Shown here piece by piece: positions 48,816-58,212 of a DNA stretch of 64,000 nucleotides. Every line of letters starts with the position of its first letter. Position 1 is the stretch's first letter. The notes beneath the pieces are model-generated. The model saw nothing but the letters and a program-made list of their open reading frames with translations, was not told where the DNA came from and ran no database searches. The DNA comes from Patescibacteria group bacterium. GTDB lineage: Bacteria; Patescibacteriota; Patescibacteriia; UBA9934. A program made the translations under genes and the position numbers. The stretch is from assembly GCA_049296775.1 (NCBI GenBank), contig JBAQTB010000001.1:31491-95490 (forward strand), in the 5' to 3' direction.

Positions 48816-50891
48816 TTACTCAAAGTGTACTTCTTCAACGTACTTATATAAGCGGTCACGCAACTTTGGATAAACAGCTAAATCAGGACTCTGATCCAAA
48901 ACCTCTTTAGAGAAGTCTTTAGCGAATGACATGAGATCGATATCGTGCATGGTACCGAGCTTGAACTGCTCAAAGCCTGATTGCTCGGTGCCAAAGATGT
49001 TGCCGGGTCCGCGCAACTGCAGATCTTTTTCCGCCAAATCAAAACCATCCTGGCTATTCTCAATAGCCTTAAGGCGCTCCCTAGCCACCTCCCCCAAAAT
49101 GCCAGACGGGTGCAGGAAACAGTAACTCTGATGCTCGCCGCGGCCAACTCGGCCACGCAACTGGTGCAACTGGGCCAAACCAAAACGCTCTGCACCTTCA
49201 ACGTACATGATCGTAGCATTGGGTACGTCCACACCCACTTCAACTACAGTGGTCGAGATCAACATATCCGCCTCACCACTCGCAAAAGCGCGCATGACGT
49301 CATCTTTCTCTTTGGTTTTCATGCGGCCGTGCAACATGGCCACTCTGTAGCCCTTAAATGGCTCTAGCACAAACTCCTTGAAAACTTGAGAGACTGAGTT
49401 AACGCCCAAAGCATCAGATTCCTCAATGAGCGGACAGACCACGAATACTTGGCGACCAGCGGTCATTTCCTGACGCATAGTCTCGTAAATTGGTTCCTCA
49501 CGGCCCAATTCGATGACTTGAGTGTTGATCGGTTTACGGCCGGCTGGATATTCATTCAAAATAGAACGATCAAGATCGCCATACAGCACCAACGCCAAAG
49601 ATCTAGGAATCGGTGTCGCAGTCATGGAGAGCAAATGCGGCATACCGTCCAAGTCACCCTGCTTGTCTTTCAGTGCCTGACGCTGCTTCACACCAAAACG
49701 ATGCTGCTCATCCACCACGATCAAACCCAAACGTTCAAACAACACGTCTTGGGTTAACAGCGTGTGCGTACCCACCACAATCTGCACAGCGTTATTCTTC
49801 AAAGCAGCTAGCAACTGCGCCTTAGTCACTTCTTTATTGCCAACTCGGCGCTTAGTACGGGTGTACAGCGCGATCGTCACACTATCACCAAACAAACGCT
49901 GCAAAGTTTGCGCGTGCTGTTCCGCCAAAATTTCTGTCGGGGCCAACATGGCAGATTGCCAACCATCTCTAGCCGCATTCAGGGCCACAATCGCCGCGAC
50001 CACGGTCTTACCGCTACCTACATCGCCCTCCAATAAGCGGTTCATAGGTTCTGGACGGTTCATATCCTTGATAATCGCCCAGATAGCCTTCTTTTGAGCA
50101 CCGGTCAAAATAAACGGCAATTGACTAATCGCCTGTTTAACCCCAGCTTCATCAAACGGAATTTTAGGGGCCTTCTGTAACTTCAATTCACGTCTGGATT
50201 TAGCGTGTAACAATTGATGCAAGAAAAACTCGTCAAATTTCAACCGACGTAGAGCCTTTTCTTTGGTGTCAGTAGAGGATGGGAAATGCAATTCAGAAAT
50301 TGACTCAGGCAGTGGCACCAACTCAACATCACGCAAAATGTGATCCGGCATCCAATCCTCAACCTCCTTAAGCGCACTCAGTGAAGACTCAGCCACCTTT
50401 CTACGAATCTTCTGTGTCAAAGCCCCGGTCAACTTATAAATCGGCATGATCCGGCCCGTGTCCTTGGTAACCTTGGCCGTACCAATGATTTCGTAAACTG
50501 GGTTAACCAATGACAAGCCGTATTTATCATCGACCTTGCCTGCCAAAGACACCACCTGGCCAGGCTTCAAAACTTTAGTCAAAAACCCTTGGTGAAACCA
50601 CACGGCCTTAATAGCACCCGTGCCATCCTCAATAATCGCCTCAGTCACCATCATGCGCCAAGACTTTTGACTCCGGCGCGTTTCAATGGAAGCAATGGTG
50701 CCCTGCACGGTTACCTTGCTCCCTGGCTTGGCGTCATCAATCGCGACGGCGTGGGATAAATCATCATATCTAAAGGGAAAATCGAACAGAGTGTCGCGTA
50801 AAGTTGTTAAACCCAATCTCCCAAAGTCCTTGGCCTTGCTGGCACCAATGCCCGTCACTGAGCTAATTGTATCTTTTAAATGAGAAGCCAT
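48816..50891 (-). CDS. recG: ATP-dependent DNA helicase RecG.
   Basis: 691 aa with an N-terminal wedge/OB domain, helicase motif I (GDVGSGKTVVAAIV), motif II (VVDEQHRFGV) and a C-terminal RecG domain. Confidence 0.95.
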   Translation of the reverse strand: MASHLKDTISSVTGIGASKAKDFGRLGLTTLRDTLFDFPFRYDDLSHAVAIDDAKPGSKVTVQGTIASIETRRSQKSWRMMVTEAIIEDGTGAIKAVWFHQGFLTKVLKPGQVVSLAGKVDDKYGLSLVNPVYEIIGTAKVTKDTGRIMPIYKLTGALTQKIRRKVAESSLSALKEVEDWMPDHILRDVELVPLPESISELHFPSSTDTKEKALRRLKFDEFFLHQLLHAKSRRELKLQKAPKIPFDEAGVKQAISQLPFILTGAQKKAIWAIIKDMNRPEPMNRLLEGDVGSGKTVVAAIVALNAARDGWQSAMLAPTEILAEQHAQTLQRLFGDSVTIALYTRTKRRVGNKEVTKAQLLAALKNNAVQIVVGTHTLLTQDVLFERLGLIVVDEQHRFGVKQRQALKDKQGDLDGMPHLLSMTATPIPRSLALVLYGDLDRSILNEYPAGRKPINTQVIELGREEPIYETMRQEMTAGRQVFVVCPLIEESDALGVNSVSQVFKEFVLEPFKGYRVAMLHGRMKTKEKDDVMRAFASGEADMLISTTVVEVGVDVPNATIMYVEGAERFGLAQLHQLRGRVGRGEHQSYCFLHPSGILGEVARERLKAIENSQDGFDLAEKDLQLRGPGNIFGTEQSGFEQFKLGTMHDIDLMSFAKDFSKEVLDQSPDLAVYPKLRDRLYKYVEEVHFE

Positions 50892-50936
50892 AGCAAAATT
50901 AAAGCTCGCCAGAGGATAGCATGTTTTGGAAAAAAA

Positions 50937-51425
50937 TCAAGTCCTGTCCGGCTGTTGGCTATACATCAACACTCCCTCCAGTAACGCCGACTTAAATAAG
51001 TCAGGTAAGCGGTGCTTGCTCAAGTCCAACCACCTAAAGCCCGTATGCTCGGCACTAGTCTGAATATTCCCACTTAAATACTTGGCTTCAAAAAAGAGAT
51101 AGAGCACATGAATAGCTGCGCCGTCACCAATGTCAGATTCGGCCCCAATCATGTGCCTGCCAACTGCTACCGGTGCAGGCTTGATCTCCACCTGAATATC
51201 TCCCAACTCTTCCTGAATCTCTCGGCGTAAAATCTCGAGCAGTGGCACAGAAAACTCACCCACATCAATCCGGCCACCAGGCAAGTCAAAATAACCCGCA
51301 AAGGAACCGTCCGTTCTAGCATTCAACGCCAGGACTTCCCCATGCTCATTAGTCACCAACGCCTTCAGAGACACCTGATATCGATCTTTAATATTTGCCA
51401 TAACAAGTTTTTTCCAGGGTACCAC
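50937..51425 (-). CDS. NUDIX hydrolase.
   Basis: 162 aa with the Nudix box GGRIDVGEFSVPLLEILRREIQEELG. Confidence 0.8.
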   Translation of the reverse strand: MVPWKKLVMANIKDRYQVSLKALVTNEHGEVLALNARTDGSFAGYFDLPGGRIDVGEFSVPLLEILRREIQEELGDIQVEIKPAPVAVGRHMIGAESDIGDGAAIHVLYLFFEAKYLSGNIQTSAEHTGFRWLDLSKHRLPDLFKSALLEGVLMYSQQPDRT

Positions 51426-51465
51426 GGTCCGAGCAACAAAAAAACTCCCTAACTAGGAGTTCTTG

Positions 51466-51608
51466 CATTCGACTCACTTCGTCTTCCCAAGTGGTCGAAG
51501 ACCATGAGCGAGCGAAGCTTGATAGCGCGTCCTTCGATGAACTCAGGACATTCGACTCGCTTTGTCCTCTCGCTGGTCGAAGACCATGAGCGAGCGAAGC
51601 GAGTCGAA
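51466..51608. repeat. Two tandem copies of an ~60-80 nt hairpin-forming repeat immediately 3' of tRNA-Ser(UGA).
   Basis: Copy A spans 51466..51520 and copy B about 51529..51608. Their core is cattcgactc.cttcg..ggtcgaagaccatgagcgagcgaagcgagtcgaatg, and copy B abuts the tRNA CCA end. They are homologous (about 85-90 %) to 58009..58089. Confidence 0.6.
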
Positions 51609-51696
51609 TGGCGGAAGGGGCGAGATTCGAACTCGCGGTACCTTTCAGTACGACGGTTTTCAAGACCGTTACCTTAAACCACTCGGTCACCCTTCC
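51609..51696 (-). tRNA. tRNA-Ser(UGA).
   Basis: 88 nt on the minus strand: GGAAGGGTGACCGAGTGGTTTAAGGTAACGGTCTTGAAAACCGT...GGTACCGCGAGTTCGAATCTCGCCCCTTCCGCCA. Anticodon loop CUUGAAA, a long variable arm and an encoded CCA. Confidence 0.85.
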
Positions 51697-51809
51697 AAAT
51701 TTACCGTCAGAGAGCCTCTAACAGTGCGCTCCGCAGTTTAGTAGATATTCGATTTTTTGTCCATGGCCTAGCTGGGGAGCTATAGTGTAACGGAATATCG
51801 ACTAAATCT

Positions 51810-52082
51810 ATGTCGCAACATCCTCCCATTCCCCCACTCCCTAAAGACGCTCCCCAATCCGGAGAGTTGTATCGGCACTATAAAGGTGGAGTTTACGAAG
51901 TAGTGCTACTCGCGATCAATACCGTCGATTCCGCTTGGACGGTGGTGTATAAACCTACTTATCCCAATCCGGGAGCTGATTATTTTACCCGACCTTTAGA
52001 AGAATGGCACGAGGTCGTAAAATACAACGATAAATTGGTGAAAAGGTTTACCAACAACGAAAAGCTGCTATACTATACATAG
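51810..52082 (+). CDS. DUF1653-like small protein.
   Basis: 90 aa. YRHYKGGVYEVV matches the DUF1653 HYKGGxY signature. Confidence 0.55.
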   Translation: MSQHPPIPPLPKDAPQSGELYRHYKGGVYEVVLLAINTVDSAWTVVYKPTYPNPGADYFTRPLEEWHEVVKYNDKLVKRFTNNEKLLYYT

Positions 52083-52119
52083 AAGCTCTGGAAGCTCAGG
52101 TTGATAGGCGGCCTGATTT

Positions 52120-52638
52120 TTGGAGTTTATGTATAGTGGTATGGACAGAGATATCCGTTGTAAGAGCTGCAGTAAACTACTTGCAAAACAATTGGGAGAT
52201 CTTTCTCGTTTAGAAATAAAATGCGTGCGCTGTGGTAGTCTGAACTTTATCCTCGGAGAAAGTCTAGAAAAATTTCCAGGGCAGATTATCGTGGCGGAAT
52301 CGAATGGCAAAATCGTCTACGTCAACAGCTCCATCCTGCGAGCTTGCGGCTATTCAGAAGCGGAAGTTATTGGAAAAACGCCGGCGCTGTGGGGAGGCTT
52401 GATGCCCAAAGAATTTTATACGGAAATGTATCGAATTTTAATCGAAGAAAAAAAGCCGGTCATTGGTGAGGTCATTAATAGACATAAGGATGGTCACCTA
52501 TACCTCGCCAGCCTCAGAATATGCCCCATACTGGATAGTGAGCGTAAAATGAGTTTCTTTCTTGCCACAGAAAATGTTAAAAACCCTAACGTAACCTTAC
52601 CCCACCCAGCCATGGAAAAAATGCCTGTCTCAGATTAG
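52120..52638 (+). CDS. Com-family zinc finger fused to a PAS sensor domain.
   Basis: The N-terminus IRCKSCSKLLAKQ...IEIKCVRCGSLNFIL parallels the phage Mu Com zinc ribbon (IRCKNCNKLLFKA...IEIRCPRCKRHII). Residues about 55-150 carry a PAS-like core (IIVAESNGKIVYVNSSILRACGYSEAEVIGK). Confidence 0.6.
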   Translation: MEFMYSGMDRDIRCKSCSKLLAKQLGDLSRLEIKCVRCGSLNFILGESLEKFPGQIIVAESNGKIVYVNSSILRACGYSEAEVIGKTPALWGGLMPKEFYTEMYRILIEEKKPVIGEVINRHKDGHLYLASLRICPILDSERKMSFFLATENVKNPNVTLPHPAMEKMPVSD

Positions 52639-52716
52639 TTCACGACCAACTCACAATCTTAAAGAGACTCCAGAAGTCCATACACCAGAGGCTCTAGAAG
52701 CCCATATGCAAATCAT

Positions 52717-55700
52717 ATGGGCTTTTCTTGTAACTACTTGCATCGGCTTAAGTTTAAGAAGATCAGCGCGATTGTTTCCATCCTACTACTGAACAGCTTC
52801 TTATTTCCGAGCACTTCCATAGCAGCTGATACCGTCGATGACATGCTGGTTTATAGGGGTGGTGGTGATACCAGCATTCCAGAATATAAGTTACGTGATA
52901 CTGGCGGATTTGAAAGTGAAGGCACGGCTGCAGATGTTACCAGTGCCGTTCAGTACGTAAAAGTCCTGAGTAAGCCCTCATCTGCTGCTACGGAAAAGAT
53001 TCTCTGTACCCAAGACAGTGCCGGCGATTCAAATTGCCAAATCTGGGATGGATCCAATTGGGGGAATTTACTTGAAATCACGGCGGCTAGTGGCAGCAAC
53101 GGCGGCACAGATGTAGTGTATGAAACCGTGAGCGGACGCGCCCTAGTCTGCTACCGGACTACGAGTCCAGACAACCAAACGCCAGCTTGCCGCATCTGGG
53201 CAGATGGCGCCTGGATAGCACCGGCCAGTGCGCTATCAGTTGGCGCCACCATCCAAAACTTAAAACTATACGCCGATCCCAATAGTAATTACGTGGCCAT
53301 GGTGACTAAAGATGGTAGCTCAGACGTCAATGTCCAAATTTGGAATGGTACCAGCTGGGGCAATTTACAAGAAGTCTCCACAGGCTCTACAACCTGCAAC
53401 CGCTGCACCTCTTTTAGTGGTGCTTGGGAAGCATCTTCCAGTGATTTTGTGATTAGTTGGTATGACAATGCTACGGACACCATGCATAGCCGTGAATTTG
53501 ATAAATCGACGCTCTGGGCCAGCCAGGTGACAGATATTATTACCGGCTTGAGTGCCGCAGACAACGTGTGGGTAGAAATGGCGGCTAACCCAACTACTGA
53601 TCAAATCTTGGCCGTAGTATCTGATGACGACGACACCCTAACCGCCAATTACTGGAACGGTTCCAGCTGGGGCACACAAACTGAACTTGCGGCCAACATT
53701 GGTGGCGTGGTGGGTACGAATAATCGATTATTTGACGTGGTGTATGAAGCTGGCGGCGCAGAAGCTGTGGTCACGTACGGCTCAACCTTGTTGACCTTAA
53801 GTTACCGCGTCTGGAATAGTGCCGGTACCAGCTGGGCAGATGCTGAGCTCCTACCTCTCGCGATTGAATTGAAGGATTGGCATATCTTAGTCGCCGACCC
53901 CAATTCTGATGCGATCATGTTAACCACGGTAGGCACGGTCAACGATGTCGATACTCTAGAATGGGATGGTGACGCTTGGGATGCAGGCTGGACATCTCAC
54001 GAACTCGCTGGGAGTGACCAATATGAAACCGCATCCTTCGCCTATGATTACGAAGATGAGACTAGCAATACACCACCGACGATCTCATTCAATAGTGCCG
54101 CACAAAAAACTGATGGATCCGGCTTGGTAGATATTTCCATTGAGGTCGATGATGCCGATCTAGATGACACTCAAGTAAAAATCGAATACGAGACTGACGG
54201 AGATGGCGCGTGCAACGGCCCGTGGGCAGCGGCCACGTTGGCAGGCCCAGCCACGGCTGATTTTACAGATGGCGGTGGCGTTCCAAACGTGGATAACGGC
54301 CAAACGTATCAAGTGGGTCCCGGCGTCAATACGCGAATCATCACGACTAGCGGCTCGAATACCGTGACTTTTGATTGGCAATCCACCACCGATGTGCCAA
54401 CTGGCAACGGTACGCACTGCTTACGCGCCACATCTAATGATGACGCGGCTGACGCCACCACACCCGACACCATCACTCTTACTTTAGATAACGTTGATCC
54501 AACCGGCTTAGCTAATTGGACGAGCTTTGGTGCAGCTGCGACTACGCAACATTTGAATTGGACCTCAGCCGCTGACACAAATTTTGATCATTATGAAGTC
54601 TGGTACGGCACCAGTCAAAGCGATGTACAGAATCGTACCGGTGCAGCCGTAGAATTTGATGATGACGATTACCTCGCCCTAAATACCGCCTCCACTCATC
54701 ACACTCACATTATCGACCTGACCCCAGATACATCTTACTATTACAAAATTTGGGCAGTGGATACATTTGGAAATGAGCAAACAGTCGCAGATTTAAACTC
54801 TGCCACTGATCCTACCGGTAACTCAGTGCCAAATTCCACAACTCCAACTTCAATCTCGCAGGCTACAGACGGTTCAGGTTTGGTGACATTTACCACCACG
54901 ATTTACGATGTCGATCTAGAAGGGGTAGAAATGCGCATGCGTTTTTCTCCAGATGGCGGCACAACTTTTTATAACGGACAGATTGATTCTGCTACCCCTA
55001 ATTATGGCGATCTCTCCATTGACGTAAATGATTTCCAGATTGGACACACGAATTTGATTGATATCACAGAAGAAGGACCTCATCCTGTTAGTCTAGAAAT
55101 CGTCTGGGATTCAAAGTCTGCCAGCAACCAAAACGGCGGACTAGATAACACAGCCACCGACGTGATCATCCGAGTCACGCCCCGTGACGCCGGCGGAGAA
55201 ATCGGTTTAGATGATGACAGTTTAGCATTTGCTCTGGATAACGCCGGACCCGCCCTGGCAGAAGTCACACCCGTGCCCACCGGTACCACTGACACCACTC
55301 CAAGTTATACGTTTTCCGCTGATGAAGGTGGCGATATTACCTACGGCGGCTCCTGCGCTAGCGCTACCACCACCGCCACGACAGGCAACAATACGATTAC
55401 TTTCAACGCCTTAGCCCAAGGAACATATAGCAACTGTGCAATCACAGTAACTGACGATTTTGCTAATGACACTACGCTAAATGTCACCGCTTTTACAGTC
55501 GACACGACTGCGCCAACCGGTTTAACTGCCCTATCCGCCGGCGCATCTGCGCCAACGACTCAAGCACTGATTTGGTCAGCCGTAACTGAAACTAATTTCA
55601 ACCATTATGAAATTTGGTTTGGGACCAACCAAACCCATGTCCAAAACAGAACCGGTACGGCCACAGAGTGGGATAACAGTGATGACGCTACTCTAGCCAC

Positions 55701-57702
55701 ACGAACCACCACAGGCACGACGATAACAGGCCTAAGTCCAGGTACCACTTACTATTACAAAATTTGGGCGGTAGATATTGCCGGACAAGAAGAAACCGTG
55801 GCCGACATGTCACAATCGACCGTGGCCAATGCCGAACCAACTGGAGTTTTTGTGAGTGCAGAACAGGTTTTTGATGGCGGACAAACGATTGAAGTCTCCA
55901 TCATCGTCGATGATGCTGATGATGAAGATCTGCGAGCAAAAATCGAATATGAAACAGATCTAGACGGCGCCTGTGATGGCCCCTGGGACCCCGCCACCCT
56001 AGCTGGAACAGTTACAGCCACCACAGATGACAGTGGCGGCCCACCAGACATTAGCAACGGCAATGCTTATCAACTTGGCTCCACGGCCACAACGCGGATT
56101 ATTACCTCTGCTGGGAGCAATACAGTTAATTTTGAGTGGGACGTGGTAGCTGACGATGTCAGCGCCAATGGTGAAACTGCTTGTCTACGATTGACAGCTA
56201 ACGACGATACTGATGATCAAACCACCCCAGACACCATCACCTTCACCGTCGATATCACAGAACCAACCATCACGGCTGGCAATATCGTCATGGACATCAC
56301 CACTGACACTGGCACGGCCGACATTGCCGGAGTAGCTGACGTGGTCCTCATCACCTGGGACAACTCGGCCGCAGGCGATAATAATAGCGATGCAGAGACA
56401 GTCGTGGCTGATCTGTCTGAATTAGGCAATGGTGATAGCGCGACTATGTTTGATGATGGGACCAATGGCGATGCTACCGCCGGGGATGATGTTTACTCGT
56501 TGGAATACACCATTGTAGAAGGTGCTATCGACGTCTCAGATGCGGACGTACATATTACAGTCACGGATGATGACAACAATGAAAATACCATTAGCAGCGC
56601 CGGAACCTTGGTAGTTGACTCAGAAAGTCCAACTGCCCCAGGCTCGTTAAGCCTAACCTCCAACGGGGTGGTGGCGATTACTTTTGGTACCCCATCACCA
56701 AGCAGCGATTTTGCCGCGTATAAAATTCATTACCGTACGAGTGGCCAAGTCGTCACTCTCGACGACAACGAAATCTCTAGCTCATCTCTAGACGAGGTCG
56801 ACTATGATGGTAATGACGGCCTTGATGTCACCGGCATCGCCAATGGCAACTACAGATTCAACATTTGGGTCTTTGATGACGCCGGCAATTTCGCCAAAGC
56901 CAGTGAAAGTGCAGTCACCGTTGCAACCGCAATCAATTTAGGTGCTGGCAACAGTGGAGGCAGCCTGAGACCTGGTCGAAGGCAGGTTCAAAAACTCGAT
57001 GCAGCACCAGAACAGTCCCCCATGTTACTACCCGACACAGCCCTACCCTGCTCAACCTGTGTCTCAGATGATCCTGCGCTGTTAGAACGTAAAATTCTCG
57101 TCATTGAAAGAGAGAAAGCCCTCGTTGAGGAAGTAGACGAATCACTCATCGAGCGCTTAGTTGGTAGAATCTTGCTGCAAGTTGAAGAGCGTGGTGAGGC
57201 TTGGTACGTAGAGCCGACCACCAAACGACGATATTACTTAAGAGACGGCTCTGACGCGTATAACGTACTGGGTAGCTCCGGACTAGGTATTACAAATGAA
57301 AATTTAGATAAAATCCCAGTTGGGATAGAGACTCGGTTCCAGATCCAAGATAGTGATGAAGATGGCCTAGATGATCGTCTAGAAGCAGGCCTACACACAG
57401 ACAATCAGAGCACTGACAGCGACAGTGACGGTGTCTCTGACATCGACGAGATCCTACTAGGCACGGATCCACTCGGCGCTGGCATAAAAAATCATGATTA
57501 CGACTTAATAGATCAACTCAAGGGTCGCATAGTGTTACAGGTCGAGCAGCGTGGTGAGGCGTGGTATATCAATCCCAATGACGGTAAACGCTATTACATG
57601 GCCGACGGTGACCTAGCCTACCAAATCATGCGCTTCCTGGCCCTCGGCATCACCAACCAAGACCTCCGCAAAATCCCCGTCCAAGACCTGGAGGGGTTGT
57701 AG
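52717..57702 (+). CDS. Giant secreted surface protein with FN3 domains, internal ~380 aa module duplication, EF-hand/dockerin-like Ca-binding loops and two C-terminal ~65 aa 'GEAWY' repeats.
   Basis: 1661 aa with a signal peptide (KKISAIVSILLLNSFLFPSTSIAAD). FN3 signatures appear twice (NFDHYEVWYG...YYYKIWAVD, NFNHYEIWFG...YYYKIWAVD). A duplicated module begins KIEYETDGDGACNGPW / KIEYETDLDGACDGPW. Ca-binding loops are DSDEDGLDDRLE and DSDSDGVSDIDE. The C-terminal repeats read GRILLQVEERGEAWYVEP..RRYYLRDGSDAY and GRIVLQVEQRGEAWYINP..KRYYMADGDLAY. Confidence 0.8.
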   Translation: MGFSCNYLHRLKFKKISAIVSILLLNSFLFPSTSIAADTVDDMLVYRGGGDTSIPEYKLRDTGGFESEGTAADVTSAVQYVKVLSKPSSAATEKILCTQDSAGDSNCQIWDGSNWGNLLEITAASGSNGGTDVVYETVSGRALVCYRTTSPDNQTPACRIWADGAWIAPASALSVGATIQNLKLYADPNSNYVAMVTKDGSSDVNVQIWNGTSWGNLQEVSTGSTTCNRCTSFSGAWEASSSDFVISWYDNATDTMHSREFDKSTLWASQVTDIITGLSAADNVWVEMAANPTTDQILAVVSDDDDTLTANYWNGSSWGTQTELAANIGGVVGTNNRLFDVVYEAGGAEAVVTYGSTLLTLSYRVWNSAGTSWADAELLPLAIELKDWHILVADPNSDAIMLTTVGTVNDVDTLEWDGDAWDAGWTSHELAGSDQYETASFAYDYEDETSNTPPTISFNSAAQKTDGSGLVDISIEVDDADLDDTQVKIEYETDGDGACNGPWAAATLAGPATADFTDGGGVPNVDNGQTYQVGPGVNTRIITTSGSNTVTFDWQSTTDVPTGNGTHCLRATSNDDAADATTPDTITLTLDNVDPTGLANWTSFGAAATTQHLNWTSAADTNFDHYEVWYGTSQSDVQNRTGAAVEFDDDDYLALNTASTHHTHIIDLTPDTSYYYKIWAVDTFGNEQTVADLNSATDPTGNSVPNSTTPTSISQATDGSGLVTFTTTIYDVDLEGVEMRMRFSPDGGTTFYNGQIDSATPNYGDLSIDVNDFQIGHTNLIDITEEGPHPVSLEIVWDSKSASNQNGGLDNTATDVIIRVTPRDAGGEIGLDDDSLAFALDNAGPALAEVTPVPTGTTDTTPSYTFSADEGGDITYGGSCASATTTATTGNNTITFNALAQGTYSNCAITVTDDFANDTTLNVTAFTVDTTAPTGLTALSAGASAPTTQALIWSAVTETNFNHYEIWFGTNQTHVQNRTGTATEWDNSDDATLATRTTTGTTITGLSPGTTYYYKIWAVDIAGQEETVADMSQSTVANAEPTGVFVSAEQVFDGGQTIEVSIIVDDADDEDLRAKIEYETDLDGACDGPWDPATLAGTVTATTDDSGGPPDISNGNAYQLGSTATTRIITSAGSNTVNFEWDVVADDVSANGETACLRLTANDDTDDQTTPDTITFTVDITEPTITAGNIVMDITTDTGTADIAGVADVVLITWDNSAAGDNNSDAETVVADLSELGNGDSATMFDDGTNGDATAGDDVYSLEYTIVEGAIDVSDADVHITVTDDDNNENTISSAGTLVVDSESPTAPGSLSLTSNGVVAITFGTPSPSSDFAAYKIHYRTSGQVVTLDDNEISSSSLDEVDYDGNDGLDVTGIANGNYRFNIWVFDDAGNFAKASESAVTVATAINLGAGNSGGSLRPGRRQVQKLDAAPEQSPMLLPDTALPCSTCVSDDPALLERKILVIEREKALVEEVDESLIERLVGRILLQVEERGEAWYVEPTTKRRYYLRDGSDAYNVLGSSGLGITNENLDKIPVGIETRFQIQDSDEDGLDDRLEAGLHTDNQSTDSDSDGVSDIDEILLGTDPLGAGIKNHDYDLIDQLKGRIVLQVEQRGEAWYINPNDGKRYYMADGDLAYQIMRFLALGITNQDLRKIPVQDLEGL

Positions 57703-57710
57703 CAGACACC

Positions 57711-57738
57711 AAAACAACCCCGCGTGGGGTTGTTTTAG
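57711..57738. terminator. Bidirectional terminator between the giant gene (+) and the GIY-YIG gene (-).
   Basis: aaaacaa-cccc-gcgt-gggg-ttgtttta. Confidence 0.7.
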
Positions 57739-58002
57739 CTAGAGCTTCTTCCAGATACCGTTGATAAGATTTTCTTTCTTGTAACGCGACCAACCTTTGA
57801 GTTGTCTTTCTCGTTTTCTAGCCGAAAGCATGGAATCGTACGTTTCTTGATAGACGAGTTTTACTGGGCGGCGATCATTAGTCCAATCTGCACCTGCGCC
57901 GGCATTGTGTCGGTCAACTCTCGCAATAAGATCATTCGTGGAACCAACATAATAGCTCCCGTCACGACATTCTAAAATATACAAAAAGTATTGCGCACTC
58001 AT
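57739..58002 (-). CDS. GIY-YIG nuclease superfamily small protein (UPF0213/YhbQ-like).
   Basis: The ORF opens at 58125 across the tRNA, but the GIY-YIG fold begins at MSAQYFLYILECRDGSYYVGSTNDLIARVDRHN (ATG at 58002), giving 87 aa. It continues ...VYQETYDSMLSARKRERQLKGWSRYKK. Confidence 0.75.
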   Translation of the reverse strand: MSAQYFLYILECRDGSYYVGSTNDLIARVDRHNAGAGADWTNDRRPVKLVYQETYDSMLSARKRERQLKGWSRYKKENLINGIWKKL

Positions 58003-58008
58003 GTATCT

Positions 58009-58089
58009 GTCCTTCGATTGACTCAGGACATTCGACTCGCTTCGCCTTCCCAAGTGGTCGGAGACCATGAGCGAGCGAAGCGAGTCGAA
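58009..58089. repeat. Third copy of the tRNA-Ser trailer repeat, between tRNA-Ser(GCU) and the GIY-YIG gene.
   Basis: gtccttcgattgactcaggacattcgactcgcttcgccttcccaagtggtcggagaccatgagcgagcgaagcgagtcgaatg. A 15 bp perfect inverted repeat (TTCGACTCGCTTCGC / GCGAAGCGAGTCGAA) flanks a 29 nt loop. It abuts the tRNA CCA end. Confidence 0.6.
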
Positions 58090-58179
58090 TGGCGGAGAGG
58101 AGAGGATTCGAACCTCCGGAACCATTGCTGGTTCACAGGTTTAGCAAACCTGCGCCTTAAGCCGCTCGGCCACCTCTCC
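58090..58179 (-). tRNA. tRNA-Ser(GCU).
   Basis: 90 nt on the minus strand: GGAGAGGTGGCCGAGCGGCTTAAGGCGCAGGTTTGCTAAACCTGT...GGTTCCGGAGGTTCGAATCCTCTCCTCTCCGCCA. Anticodon loop UUGCUAA, a long variable arm and an encoded CCA. Confidence 0.85.
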
Positions 58180-58212
58180 GGATTGCTTGGAAACTAAAAC
58201 ACCCAATCAAGC

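Noticed and set aside
57739-58125. A 128 aa ORF spanning the GIY-YIG gene, the hairpin repeat and tRNA-Ser(GCU), and likewise the 51388..51690 ORF over tRNA-Ser(UGA) and its repeats.
   Set aside because: The N-terminal portions translate through a tRNA gene and a repeat element. The GIY-YIG fold starts at the internal Met (58002), and the 51388 ORF has no protein-like features.
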